A DNA stretch of 64,000 nt from an uncultured Eubacteriales bacterium (GCA_900321275.1 ONVI01000013.1:117-64116), one strand, 5' to 3'; numbered from the stretch's first letter, positions 55,986-64,000 are shown. Made by a program: numbers and translations. The notes: generated from the sequence alone by a model not told the origin.

Positions 55986-56914
55986 CGCGCGCCGCCTCCT
56001 ACCAGGATTCGCCCCATGAGCGAGCCCTCATCCACCAGCGGGTAATCCCGGATTGTGAACAGGAGCCCGCTCTTTTCGGCGTTTACGTATTCCAGCACCT
56101 GTCCCTCAAAGGGATCGAACACATAGCCGACGGTCTCCCCTTTTTTGACCCGCGAGCCGTGGCATTTTGTTTTCATGAACATCCCCGAGCAGCGCGCGTT
56201 CAGGAAGATGACCTCATCCTGGGTGTCCGCGACGATGGGCGTGCTCACGGGCAGGACTTCCCCATCCCACATGCCAAGACTTTTCATGGTGTTCAAAATC
56301 CCGGTGGTGAGCTGCTGGCCGTAGTCCCCGGTCAGGCGCATTCCGACGCCCATCTCCACCACAAGGCAGGGCGTCCCGATGGCGTTTAACGAGTAGGCCA
56401 GCGTGGATTCCAGCACTGTGCTGGCGCCGTGCACCCATATCAGGTCTACGTTGGCCTGACGCGCCAGCGGCAGCAGCGTGTCCTTGTGGAGCTCGTTGAT
56501 ACGCACCTGCGGGATCTCCGTCAGGAAAATATTGCTGGCGTGGATATCAAATACCAGGTCGGAGCCGGCCAGATCGGACACAAGGGCGCTGGCGACAAAC
56601 TCGGTCATCACGCCGGTATCGGAGCCCGGGAAGGTGCGGTTCATATCCAGGTCAAAGCCGGGGATGCCCCTCTGGATGGAGCCGATGCCCAGTGGGTTCA
56701 CTGCCGGATAGATCTCCACGCTGCCGTGCAGCAGTTCGGGATTCCGGTTCAGGATCCTGTTGAGCAGAAAGCAGACATACTGGCCCTCCAGTTCGTCTCC
56801 GTGAATGCCGGTCACCACGCAGATCCGCTTCCCCTCTCCGTTTCGGATAACATTTTTTCGGATGCGGAAGGTCTCCTCCACCGGGAGGGGGATGCTGACG
56901 ATATCTTTTAGCAT
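55982..56914 (-). CDS. M14-family zinc deacylase/carboxypeptidase (succinylglutamate desuccinylase/aspartoacylase type), catalytically intact
   Basis: 'VVTGIHGDELEG' (HxxE), 'DMNRTFPG', 'FDIHAS' (third ligand) and 'VVEMG' (general base). Confidence 0.8.
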   Translation of the reverse strand: MLKDIVSIPLPVEETFRIRKNVIRNGEGKRICVVTGIHGDELEGQYVCFLLNRILNRNPELLHGSVEIYPAVNPLGIGSIQRGIPGFDLDMNRTFPGSDTGVMTEFVASALVSDLAGSDLVFDIHASNIFLTEIPQVRINELHKDTLLPLARQANVDLIWVHGASTVLESTLAYSLNAIGTPCLVVEMGVGMRLTGDYGQQLTTGILNTMKSLGMWDGEVLPVSTPIVADTQDEVIFLNARCSGMFMKTKCHGSRVKKGETVGYVFDPFEGQVLEYVNAEKSGLLFTIRDYPLVDEGSLMGRILVGGGAR

Positions 56915-57714
56915 AGGCGCCTCTCTTCGCTCTCCGTGACGATGACGGAGATGTCCGTTTTCTGTTTTGCGCCGCCTCGGAAAATGCCGCGGTTAATGGC
57001 GCAGTCCTGCGCGTCCCGCCCGTGGGAGAGCTTGATGTGCTGGTCAGACACGACAAGGCAGTTGGCGGGATCGTACCCCGTCCAGAGCCCCTCGTGCAGC
57101 ACCTCCACCCAAGCGTGGCTCTCCCCTTCGCCCAGCAGCATACCGGCCGCATAGCGGGCGGGAATGCTGTGTACACGCAGCGCCGCAAGCATGATGTGCG
57201 CGTAATCCTGGCACACGCCGCAGCCCATGGAAAACGCCTCGGCGGCCGTGGTATGAACCGTTGTCGCGCCGGGCTGATAGGACAGCGCGTCGTGCACCCT
57301 GCGCATGACGGTCTCCATCTCCGCGGGCGCGCCGGTGCGGACGGAAAGGCTTTCGGCGAAATCCCGGAGCGCGCCGTCCGCCTTCGTCAGCGGTGTGGCA
57401 AAGGAAAAAACCCGTTCCCTCTCCGGATTTTCCGTCGGGGTACCGAAAGCCGGCCCGACGTCCGTCAGCCCGCACACGTTGGCCTCGAAGCTGCTCTGCA
57501 GCCCGCGGCAGCAGCCGTACAGCAGGGCATTGCCCCACTGATCCCGGCCGCAGCTCAAGTCGTCCACGGGAGACAGAAAATGCCGCAGCTCCGTGATATG
57601 CTGCCTTGCGTCCGATGAGGGGACGCAGCGCAGCGTAAAGTGATGGAAGCTGACGGGGGCGTCCATCGTGATCTTCAAATGGTAATGGAAAGACAGCCTT
57701 TTCACGCTCAGCAC
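56908..57714 (-). CDS. Transglutaminase-like cysteine protease (Bact_transglu_N + TGase core)
   Basis: 'GCGVCQDYAHIMLAALRVHSIPARYAAGM' (Cys) and 'ESHAWVEV...YDP' (His/Asp). Confidence 0.85.
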   Translation of the reverse strand: MLSVKRLSFHYHLKITMDAPVSFHHFTLRCVPSSDARQHITELRHFLSPVDDLSCGRDQWGNALLYGCCRGLQSSFEANVCGLTDVGPAFGTPTENPERERVFSFATPLTKADGALRDFAESLSVRTGAPAEMETVMRRVHDALSYQPGATTVHTTAAEAFSMGCGVCQDYAHIMLAALRVHSIPARYAAGMLLGEGESHAWVEVLHEGLWTGYDPANCLVVSDQHIKLSHGRDAQDCAINRGIFRGGAKQKTDISVIVTESEERRLC

Positions 57715-58376
57715 TCCACCAGCGCATCCACGATGCGGATGATCTCCAGGTAATCAAGCTCCGGCGCGTCCGCCAGCTCCTGCAGCCTTTGAAGCCCCGC
57801 CTCGGAATAGATCAGCTCCGTGCGGCGGATGCGCCAGCTCAGGCGGCGGATTTCCCGCCGGATCACCGCCCGGTCCCTCCGCAGACGGGCATAGAGGTCG
57901 ATCCGCTCCACGCGTTTGCCGATCTTGATGATGTTGCGGGTGTTTTCATCGTCGATCTGGTCGTCCGCGCAGCCCCAGAAGGCCAGTATCGCGTCCGTGA
58001 TCTTCTGAAAATGCAGCAGCGGCGCTTCGCTGCGCATGGCGGACTTCATCTCATAAATCGCCATCTGGATGAAGGAGAGGGTTTCGCTGCCGATCTCCTC
58101 GCGCAGCTCGATCGCGTTGTCGTAGGCCCGGTACAGGTTGGAGATGATGGAATTGGGGTCGTCCAGGCCGAAGGGGTACCGGGCGATGAAATCGTCCTTG
58201 TCCCGATAGATGTCCGGGATCTCCAGCGACTCGCAGAAGACCCTGTGGTCGTCCTCGCGCTGCTCAATAAGGGTGTCGAAGGAAGAAGAAAACAGCTTGA
58301 GCGTGGTATAGACCCGCTCGGAATACCGGCCCAGCCAGAACAGCCGGTCGGTATTCATTACAGACTTAATACCCAT
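57708..58376 (-). CDS. Alpha-E domain protein (COG2307-type), short form
   Basis: 'DRLFWLGRYSERVYTTLKL' is the signature start of alpha-E domains. At 222 aa it is shorter than the usual roughly 300 aa. Confidence 0.75.
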   Translation of the reverse strand: MGIKSVMNTDRLFWLGRYSERVYTTLKLFSSSFDTLIEQREDDHRVFCESLEIPDIYRDKDDFIARYPFGLDDPNSIISNLYRAYDNAIELREEIGSETLSFIQMAIYEMKSAMRSEAPLLHFQKITDAILAFWGCADDQIDDENTRNIIKIGKRVERIDLYARLRRDRAVIRREIRRLSWRIRRTELIYSEAGLQRLQELADAPELDYLEIIRIVDALVEC

Positions 58377-59680
58377 GTGTCTTTAAAGCCTCCCCCCTGA
58401 GAAGAGTTGACGATGAAGGAATCCGGATTTCTCGAAAAACGGGTAAGCCCGCTTTTCCAGACCACCGGCTCCTCGCTGCTCAGGACAAAAGCGCGCAGAT
58501 CGGCCTTGCGCTCCACCTGTCCGCCCTCGTCCAGGATCGGAATGTCGCAGAAGTCGATGACCTCCTGCGCGATGAAGCGGCGCGGCTGTGCCGCAATCAT
58601 GGCGCGAAGGCGTTCCTTCTCCCCTGCGCTGAGCTTGCTGCCGAACACGACGCCGTAGCCGCCCGCCTCCGCAACGTCCTTGATGACCAGCGTATCGAAG
58701 TGCTCCATCACATACTTCCGATCCGCCTCATAGAAAGGCAGATAGGTGGGCGCATTGCGCAGGATCGGCTCTTCGCGCAGGTAATATTCGATCATCTTCG
58801 GGACGAAATAGTAAATCCCCTTGTCATCGGCAATGCCGTTGCCGGGGCTGTTCAGCAGGGCGACGTTGCCCTTTCGATAGACGTCGAAGATGTGCGGAAT
58901 GCCGATCAGAGATTCCGGCCTGAAGGTCATGGGATCCATGTACTCGTCGGAAATCCGGCGATACACGGCGCCGACGCGTTCTTTCCTCCCGGCGTAGCCG
59001 GTAAAGAAGAGCGTATCGCCCTCAACCTCCAGATCACTGCAGGTGACCAGCGGGACGCCCATCTGCTCGGCGAGATACGAGTGTTCAAAATAGGCCGCGT
59101 TGTAGCGCCCCGGCGTGAGCACGACACTGATGCCGCCCGTGTTTACAAAGTCCATGACGTGCCGCAGAAGCAGCGGATAATTCCGGTTGTCCTCGATGGG
59201 CGTGTCATGGAAGGTGCGCGGGCTGCAGCGGCGCTCCAGCCCGCGGACGATCGTGGGATAGGAGGCGCCCGAGGGGACGCGCAGATTGTCCTCCAAAATA
59301 TACCAGACCCCGTCCTTTCCGAGTACGAGGTCGATGCCGGACACATGGGAAAAGATTTCCTTCGGCGGGACAATCCCCTCGCAGGGGGCCAGATAGCCGC
59401 TGGCGGCATAGACAAAATCCGCGGGCACGACGCCGTCCGAAATGATTTGCTTTTTGCCGTAGACGTCCTTCAAAAACAGGTTCAGAGCGGTGACGCGCTG
59501 TTTAAGGCCCCGTTCCAGATAGGAAAACTCATCCTTCCCGATGATGCGGGGGATCGGATCAAAGGGGAAAAGCTGCTCCTTGAAGACGCCGTTTTTGTAG
59601 ATGCCGAATTTTACGCCGTAGCGGGCCAACAGACCGTTGATATCATCCGTGCTCTTCAGCAGCTTGTCAAGATTTACCAA
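58358..59680 (-). CDS. Circularly permuted type-2 ATP-grasp protein (COG2308-type amidoligase)
   Basis: 'FPFDPIPRII...E...LERGLKQRVTALNLFLKDVY', 'DLVLGKDGVWYILEDNLRVPSGASY' and 'LNSPGNGIADDK'. Start proposed at the TTG at 59680, downstream of a TTGCTT-17-TATAAT promoter. The track ORF extends to 59911 but runs into a repeat element. Confidence 0.8.
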   Translation of the reverse strand: MVNLDKLLKSTDDINGLLARYGVKFGIYKNGVFKEQLFPFDPIPRIIGKDEFSYLERGLKQRVTALNLFLKDVYGKKQIISDGVVPADFVYAASGYLAPCEGIVPPKEIFSHVSGIDLVLGKDGVWYILEDNLRVPSGASYPTIVRGLERRCSPRTFHDTPIEDNRNYPLLLRHVMDFVNTGGISVVLTPGRYNAAYFEHSYLAEQMGVPLVTCSDLEVEGDTLFFTGYAGRKERVGAVYRRISDEYMDPMTFRPESLIGIPHIFDVYRKGNVALLNSPGNGIADDKGIYYFVPKMIEYYLREEPILRNAPTYLPFYEADRKYVMEHFDTLVIKDVAEAGGYGVVFGSKLSAGEKERLRAMIAAQPRRFIAQEVIDFCDIPILDEGGQVERKADLRAFVLSSEEPVVWKSGLTRFSRNPDSFIVNSSQGGGFKDTWVLSL

Positions 59681-59881
59681 TTTGAACCACTTCTTCCTTC
59701 TGTTGTCGGAGCTGCGCTCTTCATGTCTGGTATAGCTATTATAGCCGCAGTTTCCGGATAAAGCAAGAACAGAACCGTAATTGAGTGCGCCATATCCGAT
59801 GCCGCTCACCCTTTTGAGACTCGTATGGGCGTATTGGTTATTGATTTTAAGTGTGGGCATAAGTGTTAAAAAGTCGGACGC

Positions 59882-60025
59882 GTTGCAAAATGCATGTTGA
59901 AGCAAAACCATAGGGGTCGATCCCCGGATCGACCCGTTGCATTACGCACATTGTCGTAAAACAGCGGGCCGATGAGGGCATCGGCCCCTGTGATTTCGCA
60001 TGGTTATGCATTTTGAGACAGCCTG
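59882..60025. repeat. About 145-bp composite hairpin repeat, copy 1
   Basis: About 93% identical to 63791-63934 by my manual alignment. Contains GGGGTCGATCCCC.GATCGACCC and GGGCCGATGAGGGCATCGGCCC hairpins plus the ATGCATTTTGAGACAGC arm. Confidence 0.8.
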
Positions 60026-60038
60026 ATGTATTCTGCCG

Positions 60039-62372
60039 TTACGCGGCGATCGGCAAACTGACGTCCGCGCCGGTATACGTCTCAAGCAGCGCATCATAGG
60101 CGTCGATGGCGTTCCCGAGGCAGTCAAGCACGTCGTCCAGGCGATAATACCCGTCTGCGTTCCGCTCCAGGCCGGGGAGATCCAGGTCAAAGGACACGGG
60201 GGGATTGTCCAGCGTAAGCGGGATCATGCCGCGCAGCTGTTCGGTGCTCTGGTAGATCAGCCGCACTTTGGCATAAGCCTGGCCGTCCTCCGACGTCCAT
60301 GTTTCAAATACAAGCTTCACACCGATGGGCGTTCTGGGCTCCACCGTGTCGGGCAGCTCATACTCTCTCACGCCGAGCGCGGACAAGACGCTCGCGAGGT
60401 TGGAGTCATGACCGCACAGGAAGCTGAACTTTCGGCCTTCCGCCGTCAGCTCAGAACGGATCTCCTGAAGCAGCGGATGCGCCACGTTCACGGCAATCAA
60501 CGGAGTTTCAAACAGGATCCCGGTATAGGTGTCCACGATGCTGTGGATCTTCAGCCAGTCGTCCCGGGTCAGATCGTGGCCGAAGGCGGCCGCCTTGTCG
60601 TCGGCGGTCTCATAGTATTGAAAGGTGAGAGCGTCCGCCACCGACGTCGCGGTCTTGATGGGACCGGATATGCCCGGTTCACTTTCGGGTCCAAGGATGA
60701 GAGTCGTCCCGTCTTCCAGCAGGTCGCCGAACTTGCCGGACTTGTATGCCTCGCTCTCATCCATGTCGGTCACATCCATCAGCAGCTCAATGGCGTCCAG
60801 CAGCCCGGCGTGTATCCCCTCCAGCCCGGCCTCGCCGCCCAATTCGGCGATCTGGGCGGAGACATCCTCCGCGTACGCATCATTGAAGAAGTTCAGCATG
60901 GGATGGAAGGTCGGATCCATCGTATCGTATTCCGCGCGGCACTCGACCGGCACCGACGCCACGGGCAGGAGCCCCGCGGAGAAGTAACGGGCCGTCGCCT
61001 GCGTGCGCTGCTTGGCGTTGGCATAGAAGCGCACCGCGCCTTCTTCGGGCCGGTAGTTCTCCGGGAAGAGTCCCTCGTCCTCCAGCCACAGGCGGAAATA
61101 CTGTCCCATCTGGGTTTCCAGTATCGCGCCGCGCAGGGAGAGCTCACTGGGATTGCTCGTCCACGCAAACCATGTGTGCGGCGTGATGTCACCCAGCATC
61201 GAACCGCTGCCCGACAGCGGGGAGCGGATATTGTGGCGGCTCAGCACAACCACCTTGTCCAGCGTGTAGGCAGACTCCGCACCGTTCTCTTCCGCCGCGG
61301 CTTCCGGTTCTGTCTGCGCCGCGTCTGCCATCTTCACGCCGTCGCCGTAGATGGTATCGAACTCATCCCGCTCGGAGACCGTATAAAAACCGTTGGCGTC
61401 GCATTTCTGCTGAAAGCTTGCGGCGGTCTCCGGAGAACCGTAGTCCCGTTCGGTATCATCGCAGAGCAGCATATACGCCCTGCCGCCGTACTTTTCGTTT
61501 TGCAGGGTATAGGTCGCCATGGAGAAATCGCCCGTGGAATTGCCGAAGGCCAGCACGGGCATCCTGCCGATTTCCTGCTGGATCATCGTGGCTTTGTTGG
61601 TCTTCTGATTCTTGAGGAAGAGCTCACCGGCGATCACCAGCTCATCCTCCGGCTTCAGCTCATAGAACATGCTGTTCTTGTCCGCGTCGCCGGAGGCTAC
61701 ATACAGAAGATCCGTACCGATCACATGATCCCGGGGGATATACTCGTCCAGCACGCCCTCGGTCAGCACGCGGACAGCGTCCCGATAAGTCGCGCTGACA
61801 ATATAAATCGTATAGTCATTGTCATATAAGTACTTTACCAGCGAGACCATCGGCCGGAAAAACGCCTCGCCATAGGTCATGCCCTCAAACCCCCAGACCG
61901 GCAATTGCTTGAAGCGGCGGACGACATCGTCGTATTCGTCCGGGGTCAGGCCCTCATAGAGCTTCGGGCCGAGCTCGCGTTCCTTCGCGTCAAAGTCCTC
62001 GACAGGAACACCCCGGAGCACCTTATCCTCCCACGCCTGCGCGAATGCTTTCAGTTCTTCGGGTGCTTCATAATTCTCGTCATAGAGCGCCCGCTGAATA
62101 TACAGCCAGTCGTTGAAGTAAGTCGGAAAGCGCTCGCCGTACAATGTGCCGTCGTTGTCGAAAACGGCAATTCTGTCTTCCTTCGGAATATAGCCATCCG
62201 AAGTTTCGTCCACAGATTTTTCCACAAAGTCTATGATGGATTTCATCGCCGGGGAATCCTTCGACCAGTGCTCAAGGACTGTCGCTTCCTCTGCTGCGGC
62301 AAAGGCATTGCCGAAGCAGCACAGGCCCGGCACCATGGCAAGGATCAGGCAGATCGCAGCAAGTTTTTTCAT
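60039..62372 (-). CDS. Secreted two-domain phosphatase: HAD-superfamily domain + histidine acid phosphatase (Agp/AppA branch-2) domain
   Basis: Signal peptide ending AFA|AAEE. HAD 'FDNDGTL' and 'GNSTGDFSM'. C-terminal half has 'VVLSRHNIRSPL' (RHxxR) and 'CGHDSNLASVL' (HD). Start set to the second ATG after AAGGAG. Confidence 0.8.
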   Translation of the reverse strand: MKKLAAICLILAMVPGLCCFGNAFAAAEEATVLEHWSKDSPAMKSIIDFVEKSVDETSDGYIPKEDRIAVFDNDGTLYGERFPTYFNDWLYIQRALYDENYEAPEELKAFAQAWEDKVLRGVPVEDFDAKERELGPKLYEGLTPDEYDDVVRRFKQLPVWGFEGMTYGEAFFRPMVSLVKYLYDNDYTIYIVSATYRDAVRVLTEGVLDEYIPRDHVIGTDLLYVASGDADKNSMFYELKPEDELVIAGELFLKNQKTNKATMIQQEIGRMPVLAFGNSTGDFSMATYTLQNEKYGGRAYMLLCDDTERDYGSPETAASFQQKCDANGFYTVSERDEFDTIYGDGVKMADAAQTEPEAAAEENGAESAYTLDKVVVLSRHNIRSPLSGSGSMLGDITPHTWFAWTSNPSELSLRGAILETQMGQYFRLWLEDEGLFPENYRPEEGAVRFYANAKQRTQATARYFSAGLLPVASVPVECRAEYDTMDPTFHPMLNFFNDAYAEDVSAQIAELGGEAGLEGIHAGLLDAIELLMDVTDMDESEAYKSGKFGDLLEDGTTLILGPESEPGISGPIKTATSVADALTFQYYETADDKAAAFGHDLTRDDWLKIHSIVDTYTGILFETPLIAVNVAHPLLQEIRSELTAEGRKFSFLCGHDSNLASVLSALGVREYELPDTVEPRTPIGVKLVFETWTSEDGQAYAKVRLIYQSTEQLRGMIPLTLDNPPVSFDLDLPGLERNADGYYRLDDVLDCLGNAIDAYDALLETYTGADVSLPIAA

Positions 62373-62561
62373 CGTCAAGCTCCTTTTCATTTTTTGATGT
62401 TATAATTATTTTACGGTTCTGCATCGTCAGTGTCAAGGGCTTTTTCCGGAGAATCAAGCCTGAAGTCTTTGCCGTTTTTTCCGACTTGTCTGCTTCAATC
62501 ATGAGCAGAGAATACCCCCGGCAGGATCGAAGACACAGCTGTATGATGCCCAAATATCCTG

Positions 62562-62590
62562 TTGCCTTCAGGCGGGGGTTCTGCTATAAT
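62562..62590 (+). promoter_or_regulatory. Sigma-A-type promoter upstream of the DUF3089 gene
   Basis: TTGCCT-17 nt-TATAAT. Implies a leader of about 150 nt. Confidence 0.5.
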
Positions 62591-62749
62591 TTGTCTGTCA
62601 TGATATGCTCATGCGCAAGGGTAAAAATCCGCCGTCAGGATGTGCGCGGGGATTTTTCAGCGTTTCCCTAAAGAAAACCGAAATCTTTCCCCTTGTTTCC
62701 CTGCTGCACAGGGACGGGGATGAGGATAAATTGAAAGGAGCTTCATACC

Positions 62750-63709
62750 ATGAAAGAAAGCAAGGCCCCCGACTACGCCAAAAAGGAATGCTGGCAGCAT
62801 TTTCCGGAGATCACCAAGGACGTTGACACGTTCTACATTTTCGCCACGGATTACATCCTGGCCAGCTTTGAGGAGGGCGCTCCCGATTACGCACCGCTCG
62901 ACAACGAGGAGTTTCTCTTCGGCACGAAGGTGGAATACAGGGACCACGCATCCGCATACGAGGATGCCACCAATGTGTTTGCTCCGTATTACCGCCAGTC
63001 CGGCCTGCGGTACGCGGGGGAAGTCATCAAGGAGACCGGGAACTTTGACAATGCGCTTTTGAGCCTGCCCTATGAGGACATCACAGCCGCGCTCGACTAC
63101 TACTTTGAAAACTGCAACGGCGGCCGTCCGTTCATTCTGGCGGGCCACAGCCAGGGCTCTGCCATGGTTCTGCTGCTGCTGAGGACGTATTTCAAGGACC
63201 ATCCCGAGTACTATGCGCGCATGGTCGCGGCCTACACCATCGGCTATTCCGTCACGAATGACTATCTTGAAGCCAACCCGCACCTGAAGTTCACCACCGG
63301 CGAGACCGATACGGGCGTCATCATCGCCTGGAACACGGAGGGGCCCGAGAACGTGAAGACGAATGCCCGCAATATCGTTGTGCTGCCCGGGACAAGGAGC
63401 ATCAACCCCCTCAACTGGAAGCTGGACGAGACCTACGCCCCGGCGAGCATGAACCTGGGTTCCATTATAGAAGATCCGAAAACCGGCGAGACCTCGATCG
63501 GGGATGTCGGCGCGGACGCGCAGATCAACCTCGCCCGCGGCGTGGTGGTGACGAACGCCAAAACCGCCCCGATGCCCGAGGAAGCGGCCAGAATCGGCGC
63601 CTCCTTCTTCGGGCCGGACGGCCGCCATGCCAACGACTACACGTATTACTACAACAACATCAAGGCCAACGTGGCCAAGCGCGTCGCGGCTTATATGGCA
63701 AACCGATAA
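62750..63709 (+). CDS. DUF3089-family alpha/beta hydrolase (lipase/esterase-like)
   Basis: 'VFAPYYRQ' and 'ILAGHSQGS' nucleophile elbow. AAAGGAG RBS. Confidence 0.75.
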   Translation: MKESKAPDYAKKECWQHFPEITKDVDTFYIFATDYILASFEEGAPDYAPLDNEEFLFGTKVEYRDHASAYEDATNVFAPYYRQSGLRYAGEVIKETGNFDNALLSLPYEDITAALDYYFENCNGGRPFILAGHSQGSAMVLLLLRTYFKDHPEYYARMVAAYTIGYSVTNDYLEANPHLKFTTGETDTGVIIAWNTEGPENVKTNARNIVVLPGTRSINPLNWKLDETYAPASMNLGSIIEDPKTGETSIGDVGADAQINLARGVVVTNAKTAPMPEEAARIGASFFGPDGRHANDYTYYYNNIKANVAKRVAAYMANR

Positions 63710-63790
63710 TACCAGACAGTTTCAATCGGGCAGGAGGGGTGACGAATCCCCTCCTGCCCGATTTTAATGCCCGGCACACATAGAGGGGCT

Positions 63791-63934
63791 GTCTCAAAAT
63801 GCATGATAAACCAAAACCGTAGGGGTCGATCCCCAGATCGACCCGTTGCATCACGCACATTGTCGTAAAACAGCGGGCCGATGAGGGCATCGGCCCCTAC
63901 GATTTCGCATGGTTATGCATTTTGAGACAGCCTG
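63791..63934. repeat. About 145-bp composite hairpin repeat, copy 2 (complete outer hairpin arms)
   Basis: GCTGTCTCAAAATGCATG-[106 bp]-GTTATGCATTTTGAGACAGC. The inner part is shared with 59882-60025. Confidence 0.8.
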
Positions 63935-64000
63935 CAGACTGTAGACAAAGTCCGTTTATGTCATTGCGAACATTCTGACGCGCGGGAAGCGTGCGACAGT

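Noticed and set aside
62623-62657. Hairpin plus T-run in the about 150-nt leader of the DUF3089 gene, considered as a possible attenuator or riboswitch platform.
   Set aside because: The stem is mostly A-U with a 2-nt bulge (AAAAATCCGC / GCGGGGATTTTT). It is too weak to call without covariation or transcript data.
63818-63899. tRNA-like or cloverleaf appearance of the 82-nt GTAGGGG...CCCCTAC repeat core.
   Set aside because: The stems overlap each other. There are no T-loop (GTTCRANYC) or D-loop signatures, no anticodon arm geometry and no CCA context. It is a repeat hairpin cluster, not a tRNA.
1-64000. Search for CRISPR arrays, IS/transposase, integrase, phage, toxin-antitoxin or known defence-system genes.
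   Set aside because: I saw no regularly spaced direct repeats and no ORF with transposase, integrase, Cas or nuclease-NTPase defence signatures. Mobile signatures are limited to the small non-coding repeats described above.

Overview
This is a 64-kb chromosomal window at about 60% GC. It looks like a spore-forming member of the Clostridia, possibly Oscillospiraceae/Ruminococcaceae-like. That placement is inferred only from gene content: ytfJ/ytfI, DUF1540, an ispH-rpsA fusion, tmcAL, and tig-clpP-clpX-lon-engB synteny. I call about 60 protein-coding genes. I recognised no rRNA, tRNA, CRISPR array, IS/transposase, integrase or prophage genes.

Positions 1-33.9 kb form an almost unbroken minus-strand block of housekeeping genes. 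It contains a GGDEF protein, a TepA-like Clp protein, an M18 aminopeptidase, a tsaC-coaE fusion, prfA, the livFGMH-J transporter, tmcAL, ackA, ispH-rpsA, cmk, rluB, a dac gene, ytfJ/ytfI, scpBA, an M50 protease, engB, lon, clpX, clpP, tig, rnhB, ylqF and lepB.

Positions 34-64 kb have mixed orientation and look more accessory. The notable content there is:
- an XRE-cupin-acyl-CoA-synthetase fusion
- a YolD-like + SRAP (abasic-site peptidase) gene pair
- trxB, a NahK-like kinase, nhaC and ridA
- feoAB with its Cys-rich partner
- a Tat-exported FMN/FAD reductase
- a 650-bp AT-rich noncoding island carrying an orphan promoter, micro-ORF and terminator
- an amino-acid ABC transporter
- a tightly overlapping five-gene operon: circularly permuted ATP-grasp, alpha-E, transglutaminase-like protease, and an active plus a degenerate M14 deacylase. 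It is flanked by two paralogous secreted HAD-phosphatase fusion proteins and a DUF3089 hydrolase.

I rank the ATP-grasp operon as the most interesting candidate for an uncharacterised system.

Several families of GC-rich hairpin or MITE-like repeats populate the intergenic regions. One case looks like a nested insertion with a 5-bp duplication.

Many ORFs of 100 to more than 800 aa in the supplied track are antisense shadows typical of high-GC3 genomes, and I rejected them. All functional calls rest on motifs I could read in the translations. No database search was run.
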